A stretch of 47,624 bases of DNA from an uncultured Methylophilaceae bacterium (GCA_964584185.1 CAZOZB010000017.1:1-47624), one strand, 5' to 3'. Positions 1 through 10,335 are shown, counted from the stretch's first letter. A program made the numbers and translations. Notes: generated by a model from the letters alone, not told the origin.

Positions 1-54
1 CTTCTGATCCAACTGGTTATCACTAGCGACTTTCTCTTTGAGTGTTGCCATCAT
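1..54 (-). CDS. 5' end of an unidentified minus-strand gene that starts in the window and runs off the left edge.
   Basis: ATGATG at 49-54 on the minus strand is preceded by a GGAGAG Shine-Dalgarno 3 nt upstream. The reading frame stays open to position 1. Only 18 codons are visible, so the product cannot be assigned. Confidence 0.25.
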   Translation of the reverse strand, partial: MMATLKEKVASDNQLDQK

Positions 55-219
55 GCTCTCCAATATCAGGTTGAAAATACTGCTTCACTGAATACTGAGC
101 AATTTACGTTCCTGATTTACGGATACTGGAATGACTGAAGTTGGAACCTGGGAGATAAATAGGTTTTATGAGGGCAAAGAAACAATCGTCAGAAAGCGAT
201 TGCATAATAACAGACAAAT

Positions 220-245
220 AAAAAGGAGGCCTGAGGCCTCCTTTT
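220..245. terminator. Bidirectional rho-independent terminator, followed by a second small hairpin.
   Basis: AAAAAGGAGGCC-TGA-GGCCTCCTTTT is a perfect 7-bp GC-rich stem flanked by an A-run and a T-run. A second small hairpin, GCGGC-TAA-GCCGC, lies at 252-264. Confidence 0.5.
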
Positions 246-509
246 GACTAGCGGCTAAGCCGCCCTGTTTACAGTCTTAGCGATTGCAAACGTACATTGT
301 TACTTCAAAGCCAAAACGCATTTCTGTAGCTGCTGGTTTTGTCCACATGATCGTATCTCCTATATCTGGTTTCAGGCACATCGCTTAAATAACGATGTGT
401 AATGCATGGGTTCATATTACAGCTGTTCTGAATTAATGCTGTGGCAATAGTCATTAAAGGTGGCTAATGATTTTCATTAGATGATCTGGGAGATTACCCG
501 GGTTTTCTA

Positions 510-1475
510 TCAATAGGTCACGAACAGGCGGTAACCAACGACAGGTTCGCCATTCACCGTCAGTGATAATTTGACACTGATTTCCTCATTCGAGAAAACG
601 CCACGTTTGATATCCGCACCAGCAGGTAAATACTCCTCCGGCTTAAAAGTACGGCGCAGTAGAGGCTTGTCGTTTACATCGGTCAGCGTCAGTTCCAGTA
701 GCGGATAGGCCTGACTGTAGTCGGCAGTGTTGATCAGGGTGCTGTAAAGATGGATAAGCCCTTGGCGATCTGCATCCTCTTGCAGGTCTGAATCATCGAT
801 CGCGATCAAATCCGCATTCTTTGGCAGCTCAACCTTGCATTGAACCAGCGCACACGCCTGTTCCAGATAGGTTCTGGCTTCCGGCCAGCGGGCAGCAATA
901 TCTGAACGCAGATAATAGGTCGTCTGAGCCAGAATCAGTAATATCAGCGCAAGAACGGCAAAAGCAATCAGAAACTTTGCTAAACGGCTTTTCCTCGATA
1001 TTTCTTTAGTGGCCCTACCAGTTTTGTTTCTGGCCGCATCTTCAATCATGGTCGGGCTGAGTATGCTTGCGGATGAAGGAACGCTGAAATCAGTGATATT
1101 GAAATCATGCGCTGTCGCATCAGGGCTCAATATCCCGCTATTTTTGAATTCCTGCGTTGCCTGGGTTTCTTCAGCAGCCGGGGTTTCAATCCTGGGCTGC
1201 TCATCAGTTTCGGCAATGATTTCTATGTCGATAGGCGCTGAGAACTCTTCCAGAACCGGTTCTGATGTTTGTTCCCGGAACTGATCAGTCTCCTGGGAGG
1301 CAGCGGAATCCTCGCTAACACGCAATTCTTCATCACTGACTTCGGCCAGCCTGTCCAGCGCGTTGAAAACATGCTCGCATTTGCCGCAACGTACATCGCC
1401 ACGATGCGCTGCCAGTTGATCTGGCAGGACATAAAATGCTGCACTGCATGCAGGACATGAGGTAACTAGACGCAT
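510..1475 (-). CDS. Zinc-ribbon (MJ0042-type) / DUF3426 family membrane protein.
   Basis: The N-terminus carries CPACSAAF...CGKCEHVF, a four-Cys Zn-ribbon. An acidic low-complexity linker follows, then one transmembrane helix (FLIAFAVLALILLILAQ), then a C-terminal DUF3426-like domain. This family sits downstream of prmA in betaproteobacteria. The start is taken at the MRL ATG (1473-1475), which overlaps the prmA stop. The alternative upstream start at 1538 cannot be excluded. Confidence 0.65.
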   Translation of the reverse strand: MRLVTSCPACSAAFYVLPDQLAAHRGDVRCGKCEHVFNALDRLAEVSDEELRVSEDSAASQETDQFREQTSEPVLEEFSAPIDIEIIAETDEQPRIETPAAEETQATQEFKNSGILSPDATAHDFNITDFSVPSSASILSPTMIEDAARNKTGRATKEISRKSRLAKFLIAFAVLALILLILAQTTYYLRSDIAARWPEARTYLEQACALVQCKVELPKNADLIAIDDSDLQEDADRQGLIHLYSTLINTADYSQAYPLLELTLTDVNDKPLLRRTFKPEEYLPAGADIKRGVFSNEEISVKLSLTVNGEPVVGYRLFVTY

Positions 1476-2374
1476 TTTCTGGTGCCTGTAAGTAGAACCC
1501 AGCTTTCCAAATAAACCGGGGCTTGCATATCGAACCACTCTGCATATATGGCAGATACTTGCTCGGTTTGTTCACGCAAAATACCGGATAAAGCGATTTT
1601 ACCACCAGCTTTACATGCTGCAGCCAGTGCTGGCGCCAGCACAGAAAGTGCGCTGGAAAGAATATTGGCAACAACCAGGTCAGCAGGTTCATCACGTAGT
1701 TGATTCGGTGCTAATTGGTCCGGCAGGTAAAACTCTGCCTGCACCTGGTTTTGCCCTGCGTTGTAATGGCTGGCTTCTATGGCCTGGGCATCAATATCAG
1801 TACCGATGGCCTTGCCGGCACCCAGTTTTTTTGCAGCAATGGCCAAAATGCCTGAGCCGCAGCCGTAATCCAGCACATGCATGTCCGGTTTTACGTGATC
1901 TGCCAGCCAGGCCAGGCATAAATGCGTGGTTGGATGGCTGCCTGTGCCGAAAGCCAGGCCGGGGTCCAGAACAATGTTGAGTGCATCAGGATTGGGTGCT
2001 TGATGCCAGGTTGGCACAATCCATAAATCATCACGGATGCGGATAGGATCGAACTGCGATTGCGTGGCCCTGACCCAGTCCTGCTCGGCTATGTGCTCGA
2101 CTGTATAAGACAGGTCCTGCAAACCTGTCTCTTCCGACAGATTGGCCATCATTTCAGATACGTTCAGATCGTCGTTGAACAAAGCACTGACGATATTCTG
2201 TTGCCATATACCAGGCGGCGGATCACCCGGCTCGCCAAAAATCGGCTGCTCGTCGGGTGTCTCGGCATTGGCGTCTTCAATCGTGGCTGATAGAGCACCG
2301 AACTCCATCAGCGTATCGCTAAGCAGTTCCGCCGTATTGTCACGTGCCTCTATCTTGAGTGATATCCAAGCCAT
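1466..2374 (-). CDS. prmA: Ribosomal protein L11 methyltransferase.
   Basis: 302 aa with an ATG start. PrmA-like sequence throughout, including the SAM-binding DYGCGSGILAIAA motif. It sits in the conserved accB-accC-prmA synteny. Confidence 0.9.
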   Translation of the reverse strand: MAWISLKIEARDNTAELLSDTLMEFGALSATIEDANAETPDEQPIFGEPGDPPPGIWQQNIVSALFNDDLNVSEMMANLSEETGLQDLSYTVEHIAEQDWVRATQSQFDPIRIRDDLWIVPTWHQAPNPDALNIVLDPGLAFGTGSHPTTHLCLAWLADHVKPDMHVLDYGCGSGILAIAAKKLGAGKAIGTDIDAQAIEASHYNAGQNQVQAEFYLPDQLAPNQLRDEPADLVVANILSSALSVLAPALAAACKAGGKIALSGILREQTEQVSAIYAEWFDMQAPVYLESWVLLTGTRKCV

Positions 2375-2396
2375 TACTTATGATCGGCAACCATGG

Positions 2397-3746
2397 CTAC
2401 TTGGAATTCATCCCGAGTTTCTGTTCCAGGTAATGAATGCTGGTACCACCCAGATGGAATGCCGCATCCGCCAGCAAATCACGGTGCAACGCCACATTGG
2501 TCTTGATGCCTTCAATCGCCATCTCTGAAAGCGCGATACGCATTTTGGCAATGGCCTGCTCACGCGTATCACCGTAAGTGATGAGTTTGCCTATCATTGA
2601 GTCGTAATGCGGCGGCACCAGGTAATTCTGGTACGCATGGGTATCGACTCGCACGCCCGGGCCGCCAGGCATGTGGAAAGTCGAGATACGGCCAGGTGAT
2701 GGCACAAAAGTGTAAGGATCTTCGGCATTGATACGGCATTCGATGGAATGACCCTTGAATTCGATATCTTTCTGGCGGAAAGAAAGTTTCTCGCCAGCTG
2801 CAATGCGAATCTGCTGTTGCACAATATCGATGCCAGTGATCATCTCAGTGACTGGATGCTCCACCTGTACGCGGGTATTCATCTCGATGAAGTAAAATTC
2901 ATCATTCTCGTACAGGAATTCGAAAGTGCCGGCACCGCGGTAATTAATACGGCGGCATGCATCTGCGCAGCGTGCACCGATTTTGTCACGCAAGCGGGTG
3001 CTGATACCTGGTGCCGGAGCCTCTTCCAGCACTTTCTGGTGGCGGCGCTGCATGGAGCAATCACGCTCACCCAGGTACACCGCATTACCGTGCTGGTCCG
3101 AAAGAATCTGGATCTCAATATGGCGCGGTTGTTCCAAGAATTTCTCCATGTAAACCATGGGGTTGCCGAAAGCGCCCTGCGCTTCCGACTTGGTCATATT
3201 GACGGATGCCAGCAGCGCTGCCTCGGTATGGACTACGCGCATGCCACGACCGCCACCGCCACCAGCGGCTTTGATGATGACCGGATAGCCGATGCGCTTG
3301 GCTTCGCGCAGAATCGATTCCGGATCATCGCCAAGTGCGCCTTCTGAGCCTGGCACGCACGGAACGCCGGCTTTGCGCATCGCATCTTTGGCGCTGACTT
3401 TATCGCCCATCAGGCGAATGGTTTCAGCACGCGGGCCGATGAATACAAAACCGCTTTGTTCTACGCGCTCGGCAAAATCGGCATTTTCAGAGAGGAAACC
3501 ATAACCAGGGTGAATAGCTTCAGCGTCTGTCACTTCTGCCGCACTGATCACCGCAGGGATATTCAGATAACTTTGCCCGGATGGCGCCGGGCCGATGCAG
3601 ACTGACTCATCTGCAAGTTGTACATACTTTGCTTCGCGGTCGGCTTCTGAATGGACAGCGACCGTCTTAATACCAAGTTCTCGACAGGCGCGTTGCACGC
3701 GCAACGCAATCTCGCCTCGATTGGCAATCAGGATCTTCTCAAACAT
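2397..3746 (-). CDS. accC: Acetyl-CoA carboxylase biotin carboxylase subunit.
   Basis: 449 aa starting [17 protein letters not shown]. It carries the ATP-grasp motifs of biotin carboxylase. Confidence 0.95.
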   Translation of the reverse strand: MFEKILIANRGEIALRVQRACRELGIKTVAVHSEADREAKYVQLADESVCIGPAPSGQSYLNIPAVISAAEVTDAEAIHPGYGFLSENADFAERVEQSGFVFIGPRAETIRLMGDKVSAKDAMRKAGVPCVPGSEGALGDDPESILREAKRIGYPVIIKAAGGGGGRGMRVVHTEAALLASVNMTKSEAQGAFGNPMVYMEKFLEQPRHIEIQILSDQHGNAVYLGERDCSMQRRHQKVLEEAPAPGISTRLRDKIGARCADACRRINYRGAGTFEFLYENDEFYFIEMNTRVQVEHPVTEMITGIDIVQQQIRIAAGEKLSFRQKDIEFKGHSIECRINAEDPYTFVPSPGRISTFHMPGGPGVRVDTHAYQNYLVPPHYDSMIGKLITYGDTREQAIAKMRIALSEMAIEGIKTNVALHRDLLADAAFHLGGTSIHYLEQKLGMNSK

Positions 3747-3756
3747 TCATCAATCC

Positions 3757-4215
3757 TTAGCCAATAATAAAGAGCGGTTCGCCGTATTCAACTGGCTGGC
3801 CATTTTCGACCAGGATCGCTTTGATCACGCCAGCATGGTCGGCTTCGATTTCATTCAGCAACTTCATCGCTTCGATAATACAAAGCGTATCGCCAACTGC
3901 AACCTGGGAACCGACATCAACGAACACTTTGGATTCAGGCGATGGTGAGCGATAGAACGTACCGACCATAGGCGATTTCACTACGTGGCCTTCAATCACC
4001 GGCACCACTGGTTCAACCGGTGCAGCAGCAACCTGCGGCGCCGGGGCGGCAGGCGCCGACATCTGCATATAGGGCTGATAGTGTATGGCGCCTTGATTGC
4101 TACCGGCATGATTGCGGCTGATACGTACTTTCTCTTCGCCTTCGGTAAGCTCAAGTTCGGAAATACCCGACTCCTCGACCAGATCAATCAATTTTTTTAA
4201 TTTACGTAAATCCAT
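3757..4215 (-). CDS. accB: Acetyl-CoA carboxylase biotin carboxyl carrier protein.
   Basis: 152 aa with an Ala/Pro-rich linker and a C-terminal biotinyl domain carrying the EAMKL motif. It lies immediately upstream of accC. Confidence 0.9.
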   Translation of the reverse strand: MDLRKLKKLIDLVEESGISELELTEGEEKVRISRNHAGSNQGAIHYQPYMQMSAPAAPAPQVAAAPVEPVVPVIEGHVVKSPMVGTFYRSPSPESKVFVDVGSQVAVGDTLCIIEAMKLLNEIEADHAGVIKAILVENGQPVEYGEPLFIIG

Positions 4216-4252
4216 GGGATACCTCTGCGACTAGTTAATCGCTTAACAAATG

Positions 4253-4717
4253 CTAAGCGGGCTGATTCGATAAAAACGTAATAGCGTAATCAAGTGCAAA
4301 CGTATAGCCCTGAGCACCCAGACCGCTGATCACGCCGACTGCAATATCTGTAAAGTAGGAATGATGACGAAAAGATTCTCGTGCATATACGTTAGAAAGA
4401 TGTACTTCTATGAATGGAATTTTTACTGCGGATAATGCATCACGCAACGCCACTGAAGTATGAGTAAACGCTGCGGGATTGATAATGACAAAATCGACAC
4501 TTTTAGCAGCTAATGACTGCACTTTGCCGATAAGTTCTGCCTCACTGTTGCTCTGATAACTCTCCAGCTGAATACCGGCTTTTGCAGCATGTTCAGATAA
4601 ACGCTGATTAATGCTATCCAGCGTATCTTTGCCGTAATGCTGCGGCTCACGTACCCCCAGCATGTTCAGATTGGGGCCGTGCAATACCAGTATGGATTTT
4701 GAGTGATTTTCAGCCAT
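4253..4717 (-). CDS. aroQ: Type II 3-dehydroquinate dehydratase.
   Basis: Contains the [13 protein letters not shown]...HLSNV motifs. The start is taken at the internal ATG (MAENHSK, 4715-4717), giving about 154 aa. The six-frame ORF extends to 4774, but that extension is probably non-coding. Confidence 0.8.
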   Translation of the reverse strand: MAENHSKSILVLHGPNLNMLGVREPQHYGKDTLDSINQRLSEHAAKAGIQLESYQSNSEAELIGKVQSLAAKSVDFVIINPAAFTHTSVALRDALSAVKIPFIEVHLSNVYARESFRHHSYFTDIAVGVISGLGAQGYTFALDYAITFLSNQPA

Positions 4718-4856
4718 ATTTATATCAATGAGATTGGCCAAGCGTGGTGTTTCATGACCGCAAGTTTGCCGCAAATAGGGGGATGTTGTCTATAGAATAG
4801 GCGAAATTTAACGAAATTAGCCTTTGGGACCTATATACCGGAAAGGTTATGGACCT

Positions 4857-5396
4857 CTAGTTTTTTACTTGCAGTAAAGGTAGAAAAGTCTGTTCTAAAA
4901 GCGCTTGATCGACCCTGCCGAAGTAGGTTTTTGCAATACTGCCATCCGGTGCAATGATGACTGTATAAGGCAATACGCCTTTATTATTGCCCAGACTTTC
5001 ACTGATATTCATAGCATCGATATCGCCCGATAACAATGGATAACTTACTGGCGTCTCTTCAGAAAATGTGCGGATTTTATCCAGATCATCTGATGATATG
5101 CCCAGTACAACCAAGTGCTGATCGTGGTATTTTGTCTGCACATTTGATAATTCCGGCATCTCTTCCAGACAAGGCGGGCACCAAGTTGCCCAAAAATTCA
5201 CGATGATGGTCTTGCCGCGCCATTGCTCCATGGCTTGTGGCTGGCCGGTCAAATCCGGGAATTCTGCCGCAAAGAAGGTATGGGTCGTAATGGATTCAGG
5301 CGGTATGGCCGGTGTAAACACAAAGTGACGCAGAGCCAGCCCAGAAGCCACAATGACTATAATCGCCAGCGCATAAAACAGGATATTTTTCAGCAT
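4857..5396 (-). CDS. TlpA/ResA-like periplasmic thiol:disulfide oxidoreductase (thioredoxin fold).
   Basis: 179 aa with an N-terminal membrane anchor and a WATWCPPC active site. It lies directly downstream of dsbD. Confidence 0.8.
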   Translation of the reverse strand: MLKNILFYALAIIVIVASGLALRHFVFTPAIPPESITTHTFFAAEFPDLTGQPQAMEQWRGKTIIVNFWATWCPPCLEEMPELSNVQTKYHDQHLVVLGISSDDLDKIRTFSEETPVSYPLLSGDIDAMNISESLGNNKGVLPYTVIIAPDGSIAKTYFGRVDQALLEQTFLPLLQVKN

Positions 5397-5400
5397 GCGG

Positions 5401-7287
5401 CTAACGATCCATCTGGGTCAGTGTTGCCAGGAATTTATCAGCGTTCTGGAAGCCAATCACCCTTATCTGCTTCAACTCCTCGCCCTTGCCGTCAAAGAAA
5501 ATAATCCCCGGAGGACCGAAAAGATTGAAGCGTTTAAGCAGCGCTGCATCATCTTCAGTATTCTTTGTCACATCCGCCTGCAATAACACCGCATCCTTGA
5601 GGGCAGCTTGCACGCGCGGATCGCTAAAGGTGAACAGCTCCAGCTCTTTGCATGCCACGCACCAGTCAGCGTAAAAATCCAGCATGACCGTTTTTCCGGA
5701 AGCCGCTTGAATGCTGCTTTCAAGCTCAGCAACCGTTTTCACCCGCTGAAATGGCAAATGCGCTGCTTGCGCCTGTGCCGCGCTGAGGCGCAAACCCGCC
5801 AGAGGTTGCAGCGGAGATTTTGCGCCTGACATGGCACCAATCAGCAAAGTGATACCAAGTACAAGCATAATGATAGCGATGCCTTTCCAGAACTTCAGCC
5901 ATTTGTGATGGCCTGGCGGCAGTGCATCGAGTGCATGCATGTAAATCGCCGGCACGATCAGCAAGGCAGCCCACAGCGTCAACTGCACGGCAGCAGGCAG
6001 CAAGGGCGATAGTAGCCACACCGCCATGGCCAGCATGACCACACCGAAGAAATTACGTACAGCGTTCATCCACGGACCGGCTTTTGGCAGCAGACTACCG
6101 GCAGACGCACCCAGCAGCAGCAAGGGAACACCCATGCCCATCGACAAGGCGAACAAGGCCATGCCGCCGAGCAGAACGTCATGCGTCTGGCTGATATAAA
6201 GCAAAGCAGCAGCCAGGGGCGCAGCGACACATGGACTCAGGATCAGAGCGGATAATGCGCCCATCAGGAACACGCCGAGGAAATGCCCGCCTTTGATGCG
6301 ATTGGTCAGGTTGGCGATTCGGCTTTCAAAAGCGCTAGGCAGTTGTAGCTCGTACAGGCCGAACATGGACAAGGCCAGCAGGACAAAAACCAAGGCGCCA
6401 AAACCCAGGGCCCAGGCATTCTGCAAAGCGGCACTCAGCATCTGACCGGAAAGTCCTGCGGCGATTCCCATCAATGTGTAGGTCAATGCCATGCCCAGGG
6501 TATAGGCCAGCGAGAGATTGAATGTATGTAAACGTCCAAACTTCTTGCCGCCAACGATGATGCTGGAAAGGATGGGGATCATCGGCAGTACGCAAGGCGT
6601 TAACGACAACAATAGACCGAAACCGAAGAAGCCGGCGACAATCAGCCATAACTTACCATCCTTGAGCAAGCTTTCTATCTTGTCATTGGCTGAAGGGGCT
6701 GAACCTGATAATGCTTTATTTGCCAATTGACTCGAATCAACACCCGTACTCACGCCCTCCGCATCTATCGTGAATGTTTTACGTATGGGCGCATAACATA
6801 AGCCGCTTGCACTACAGCCTTGGTACGTGATCCGCAAATCCATCGGGAAACGACCAGCGTCGCTTAAATGAATCAATGCAGTCGTATAATCGTAATAGAC
6901 CTCCGTCACACCAAAGGTCGGGTCATCCTTGGCTACGCCTTCCGGTAATTCAATTCTGCTTGCTGTGATGCCGGCAGAAAGTACTTCGAAATTGAAGCGC
7001 TCTTTGTATAGATAGTGTCCTGGGGCGATGATGAAATCTGCGCGCAATGTTCGGCTATCCTGCGCAACGACAGTAGCTTGAAATGCCACATCCGGTTCCA
7101 GTACCTCGTCGCCGGCCTCTTCCAGAAACACGCTGATTCCGCCACTGGACTTAGCTACGCCAGCGGCAAAGGCCTGGTTGGATATGATGGCAGTAAATGC
7201 CAGGACACTGCAGAGAACCACCAGCCAAACTAGCTGACTAAATAAAGCAATCGGGGATTTCAAGCTTGGCTTTCCTGTTGTATCCAT
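5401..7287 (-). CDS. dsbD: Thiol:disulfide interchange protein DsbD.
   Basis: It has a signal peptide, an N-terminal periplasmic domain, a multi-transmembrane core and a C-terminal thioredoxin domain with a CVAC motif. The start is taken at ATG 7285-7287 (MDTTGKPSLKS, a signal-peptide-like N-terminus). This start overlaps the end of cutA by 28 bp. The six-frame ORF continues in-frame to 7488, but that would overlap most of cutA. Confidence 0.85.
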   Translation of the reverse strand: MDTTGKPSLKSPIALFSQLVWLVVLCSVLAFTAIISNQAFAAGVAKSSGGISVFLEEAGDEVLEPDVAFQATVVAQDSRTLRADFIIAPGHYLYKERFNFEVLSAGITASRIELPEGVAKDDPTFGVTEVYYDYTTALIHLSDAGRFPMDLRITYQGCSASGLCYAPIRKTFTIDAEGVSTGVDSSQLANKALSGSAPSANDKIESLLKDGKLWLIVAGFFGFGLLLSLTPCVLPMIPILSSIIVGGKKFGRLHTFNLSLAYTLGMALTYTLMGIAAGLSGQMLSAALQNAWALGFGALVFVLLALSMFGLYELQLPSAFESRIANLTNRIKGGHFLGVFLMGALSALILSPCVAAPLAAALLYISQTHDVLLGGMALFALSMGMGVPLLLLGASAGSLLPKAGPWMNAVRNFFGVVMLAMAVWLLSPLLPAAVQLTLWAALLIVPAIYMHALDALPPGHHKWLKFWKGIAIIMLVLGITLLIGAMSGAKSPLQPLAGLRLSAAQAQAAHLPFQRVKTVAELESSIQAASGKTVMLDFYADWCVACKELELFTFSDPRVQAALKDAVLLQADVTKNTEDDAALLKRFNLFGPPGIIFFDGKGEELKQIRVIGFQNADKFLATLTQMDR

Positions 7288-7592
7288 TGAATATAGGCTT
7301 CTTCGCCTCCATCTACATGGACATAGGTGATTTCTGGAAGTTCGTAAGGATGCAATTTGCGGATTGCCGCTTCTATTGCGGGGTAGCGCGTCAGTACCGA
7401 TTTGATCTGCATGGGGATTTCGCTCGCGCTTTCGATTTTGCCCTGCCAATGATAGATTGAATGTCCGCTTGGCATGATATTCACACAAGCCGCAAGCTTC
7501 TGGCTAATCAGGCTTTCGGCAATGCGCTCCGCACATTCGCGGTCGGGCACGTGGGTCATGACTAAAATAGCTGTTGTTGATTTGGTTGTCAT
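7260..7592 (-). CDS. cutA: Divalent-cation tolerance protein CutA.
   Basis: 110 aa, CutA1-like (…VPDRECAERIA…ACVNI…SIYHWQGKI…). It sits in the cutA-dsbD arrangement seen in E. coli. Confidence 0.85.
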   Translation of the reverse strand: MTTKSTTAILVMTHVPDRECAERIAESLISQKLAACVNIMPSGHSIYHWQGKIESASEIPMQIKSVLTRYPAIEAAIRKLHPYELPEITYVHVDGGEEAYIQWIQQESQA

Positions 7593-7610
7593 TATTAAGG
7601 TAATTATTTA

Positions 7611-8048
7611 ATGCATGTACTTTTATTCTTGCTGATTTTACTCGCTTTCCCCGTACTGGAGATATGGTTACTGGTAGAACTTGCCTATCGCTACGGTTGG
7701 GTATTGCTTGCCTACCTGCTTGTCGTCGCCATTCTGGGATGGCGCCTGATTCTGGACGAAAAGCTTATGATCTTTGGCCGCATTGCACAAACGCTGGCAG
7801 AAGGAGGCACACCGGCAAAGATATTGTTTGGCAGTGCCAAGAACATGATTGCGGGCATATTGCTCATTATTCCAGGTGTTATCAGTGACGTATTCGCCGT
7901 CATATTGCTTCTTATCCCTTCCCCCAAACCGGTTTCCTTCGAGCAGGATTCCGTCAATGGTTTTGGCCAAACGGCCGGCAAGAAATCCAGGGCCGGAAAA
8001 GCCGCCAACGACGATGTCATTGAAGGCGAATTCAGACGCGAAGATTAG
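7611..8048 (+). CDS. fxsA: FxsA family cytoplasmic membrane protein.
   Basis: 145 aa. Hydrophobic N-terminus LLAFPVLEIWLLVELA…GW, followed by the conserved GILLIIPG(V/F)ISD motif and a charged tail. Confidence 0.75.
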   Translation: MHVLLFLLILLAFPVLEIWLLVELAYRYGWVLLAYLLVVAILGWRLILDEKLMIFGRIAQTLAEGGTPAKILFGSAKNMIAGILLIIPGVISDVFAVILLLIPSPKPVSFEQDSVNGFGQTAGKKSRAGKAANDDVIEGEFRRED

Positions 8049-8120
8049 CGTCACTGTGCTAAACTTTCCCGCTTTTCATTTCCACTCAGTTAAGTACCTG
8101 TTAATTTTAGGAATTCCAGC

Positions 8121-9152
8121 ATGTCTCACCAAGTTACCCTTCAATCCAGCGGTAAATCTTTCGCTGTAGCCAATGATGAAACCGTGCTCAGTGCCGCCAT
8201 TGAAGCTGGCTATAACCTGCCTTACGGTTGCCGCAACGGTGCATGCGGTGCATGCAAGGGCAAGGTGGTTTCAGGCGAAGTGGATTATGGTGAATATCAG
8301 GAAAACACACTGACTGATGCGGAAAAACAGGCTGGACAAGCCTTGTTCTGCTGTGCGAAACCGTTGAGTGATTTGGTCATCGAATGTCGTGAGGTCACCG
8401 CGTTGAACGGTATCAAACCACGCATCATGCCCGCTCGTGTTGAGAAAATGGAAAAGCTGTCCTCGGACGTCATGGCACTCTATCTCAAACTTCCAAGCCA
8501 GGAACGTTTGCAATTCATGGCCGGGCAATATATCGAGTTCTTGCTGAAAGACGGCAAACGCCGGGCGTTTTCCCTGGCCAACGCACCGCACAATGACGAA
8601 CTGCTGGAATTTCATCTGCGTCTAATCGCAGGCGGCCAGTTCACCCAATATGTATTCAGCGAGATGCATGAAAAAGCCATCCTGCGTTTCGAAGGGCCGT
8701 TCGGCAGTTTCTACTTGCGTGAAGATTCTGACAGGCCGCTGATCTTCGTCGCCGGCGGAACGGGTTTTGCCCCCATCAAAGGCATTATCGAACATGCCAT
8801 TCACCATAATGATCAGCGCAAGATCTTTATCTACTGGGGCGCACGCACGCTGGAAGATCTGTATATGAACGAACTGCCGCAACAATGGCAACAGGATCAT
8901 CCGCACATCACTTACACGCCCGTATTATCCGAACCCTTGCCTGAAGACAACTGGAAAGGCCGCACCGGACTGGTTCATGTGGCCGTGATGGAAGACTTCG
9001 AAGCAATGAACGATTACCAGGTGTACTGTTGCGGTGCGCCGCAAATGGTGGATATCGCACACCTGGCATTTCAGGCACATGGCTTGCCGCCTGAGGAGTT
9101 CTTCTCGGATTCTTTCACCTTTGCCAACCCGCCACCAAAGGCGATCGGTTAG
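8121..9152 (+). CDS. Ferredoxin:NAD(P)H oxidoreductase, similar to CDP-6-deoxy-delta-3,4-glucoseen reductase (AscD).
   Basis: 343 aa. N-terminal plant-type 2Fe-2S ferredoxin domain with YGCRNGACGACKG. C-terminal FAD/NAD(P)-binding FNR-like domain with RAFSLAN…GGTGFAP. Confidence 0.8.
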   Translation: MSHQVTLQSSGKSFAVANDETVLSAAIEAGYNLPYGCRNGACGACKGKVVSGEVDYGEYQENTLTDAEKQAGQALFCCAKPLSDLVIECREVTALNGIKPRIMPARVEKMEKLSSDVMALYLKLPSQERLQFMAGQYIEFLLKDGKRRAFSLANAPHNDELLEFHLRLIAGGQFTQYVFSEMHEKAILRFEGPFGSFYLREDSDRPLIFVAGGTGFAPIKGIIEHAIHHNDQRKIFIYWGARTLEDLYMNELPQQWQQDHPHITYTPVLSEPLPEDNWKGRTGLVHVAVMEDFEAMNDYQVYCCGAPQMVDIAHLAFQAHGLPPEEFFSDSFTFANPPPKAIG

Positions 9153-10327
9153 TTTGCCTGGGATAACTGTGCGCTGAATCGATAGTGCTGGGCCGCAGTC
9201 TTATGTTCTCCGCGGCTTTCCAGCATGCTGGCCAGCATGTAATGTGCTTTGGCACTCGGCATCACGCTGATACTGGCCTCCAGATAACTTTGCGCTTTGC
9301 CCCATAAGTGTTGGCGTACGCACATTTTACCCAGCGCCAATAGCAATTTGGCATCGCCTTCCTGCACGGTCAGCCAGTATTCAGCCTGCTGTAACTGTTT
9401 GATCGGATTATCCGTTTCGCAATCGCCCAGCATCTCCGCCAAATCGCTATCCCAGCTTTTGGTCAGGCTCATTTCAAGGACTTTGGCCGCCTGGTTACCA
9501 TCCCCTGCTGAGGAAAACGCCAAAGCGGCTGCTTCTGCAATCCGGGAATTGAGTTGCTCTTCCGGCGCCAGTTTTTTCCAGTAGGCATGCAGCTTTTTCG
9601 CATCGTCCGCGTACCGCTTGATCATTTGCAGATGGGCCTGTTGCCGGTACTGCTTGATCTGCCAGGATTCCAGCGCATTCTGTTTTTCCAGGTGCTGCAA
9701 CACCGTCAGCACGTGATCCCAATTATTCAGATGCAGATGGACTTTGAGTTCCAGCCTGAGCGCTGGCGGATATTTGGCTTCTATACGGTCAAGATGTTGC
9801 AACACCTGCAAGGCCGGGCTGTATTGCCTGTCGTCCAGCAGCAACTCGGCTTGCGATAACAATCTGGCAATCCTGGCCTGTGGCGCAAGCCGTTCGGCTT
9901 CTGCAAAATAAAAGTCTCGTTGCGCTTTGCGTTTGAGCTTGTGCGAAGCACGCGCCGCAACCAAGGCACTCAAACCGGCATCTTCGCCCAGTTCCAGCGC
10001 TTTTGCCGCACTTTTCTCTGCTACCTGATAACGGCCATCGACCAAGGCATGCAGGGCTTCAACCAAAGCCGCACGACCATCGCGCAGACGCTTTGTCTCT
10101 TTGAAGGCCTTTACGCTTGCGGGTAAACGGCGCGCATAATTCAACATGTGCAATAGCAAATGCAGCGTAGCGAAAGACAGGACAACCAGGATAATCAGCA
10201 GATTGAACGAGAGTTCCAGCCGGTATGGCGGCCTGACAATCAGCACATAGCCTTCGTTATTGCTGGCGAATAGCGATAAGCTGATCGCAACAATAAGAAT
10301 AAACAGAAACCACAGTAGCCAACGCAT
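9149..10327 (-). CDS. hemY: HemY-type heme-biosynthesis-associated TPR membrane protein.
   Basis: 392 aa with two N-terminal transmembrane helices and TPR-like repeats. It lies downstream of hemX in the hemCDXY cluster. Confidence 0.8.
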   Translation of the reverse strand: MRWLLWFLFILIVAISLSLFASNNEGYVLIVRPPYRLELSFNLLIILVVLSFATLHLLLHMLNYARRLPASVKAFKETKRLRDGRAALVEALHALVDGRYQVAEKSAAKALELGEDAGLSALVAARASHKLKRKAQRDFYFAEAERLAPQARIARLLSQAELLLDDRQYSPALQVLQHLDRIEAKYPPALRLELKVHLHLNNWDHVLTVLQHLEKQNALESWQIKQYRQQAHLQMIKRYADDAKKLHAYWKKLAPEEQLNSRIAEAAALAFSSAGDGNQAAKVLEMSLTKSWDSDLAEMLGDCETDNPIKQLQQAEYWLTVQEGDAKLLLALGKMCVRQHLWGKAQSYLEASISVMPSAKAHYMLASMLESRGEHKTAAQHYRFSAQLSQAN

Positions 10328-10335
10328 GCCGACGC

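Noticed and set aside
821-4200. Numerous 60-130-aa ORFs in the six-frame track nested inside or antisense to prmA, accC, accB and the DUF3426 gene, for example 821-1009, 1615-1980 and 2748-3347.
   Set aside because: They are fully overlapped by well-supported genes, have no homology signatures, and show skewed Ala/Arg/Ser-rich compositions. They are spurious antisense frames. The same applies to similar nested ORFs throughout the window, such as 8271-8615, 12312-13151, 21431-21910 and 41424-42293.
5401-7488. A 695-aa extended dsbD ORF starting at 7488.
   Set aside because: The extension would overlap almost all of cutA and encodes a non-protein-like basic peptide. A signal-peptide start at 7287 with a 28-bp overlap is far more plausible.
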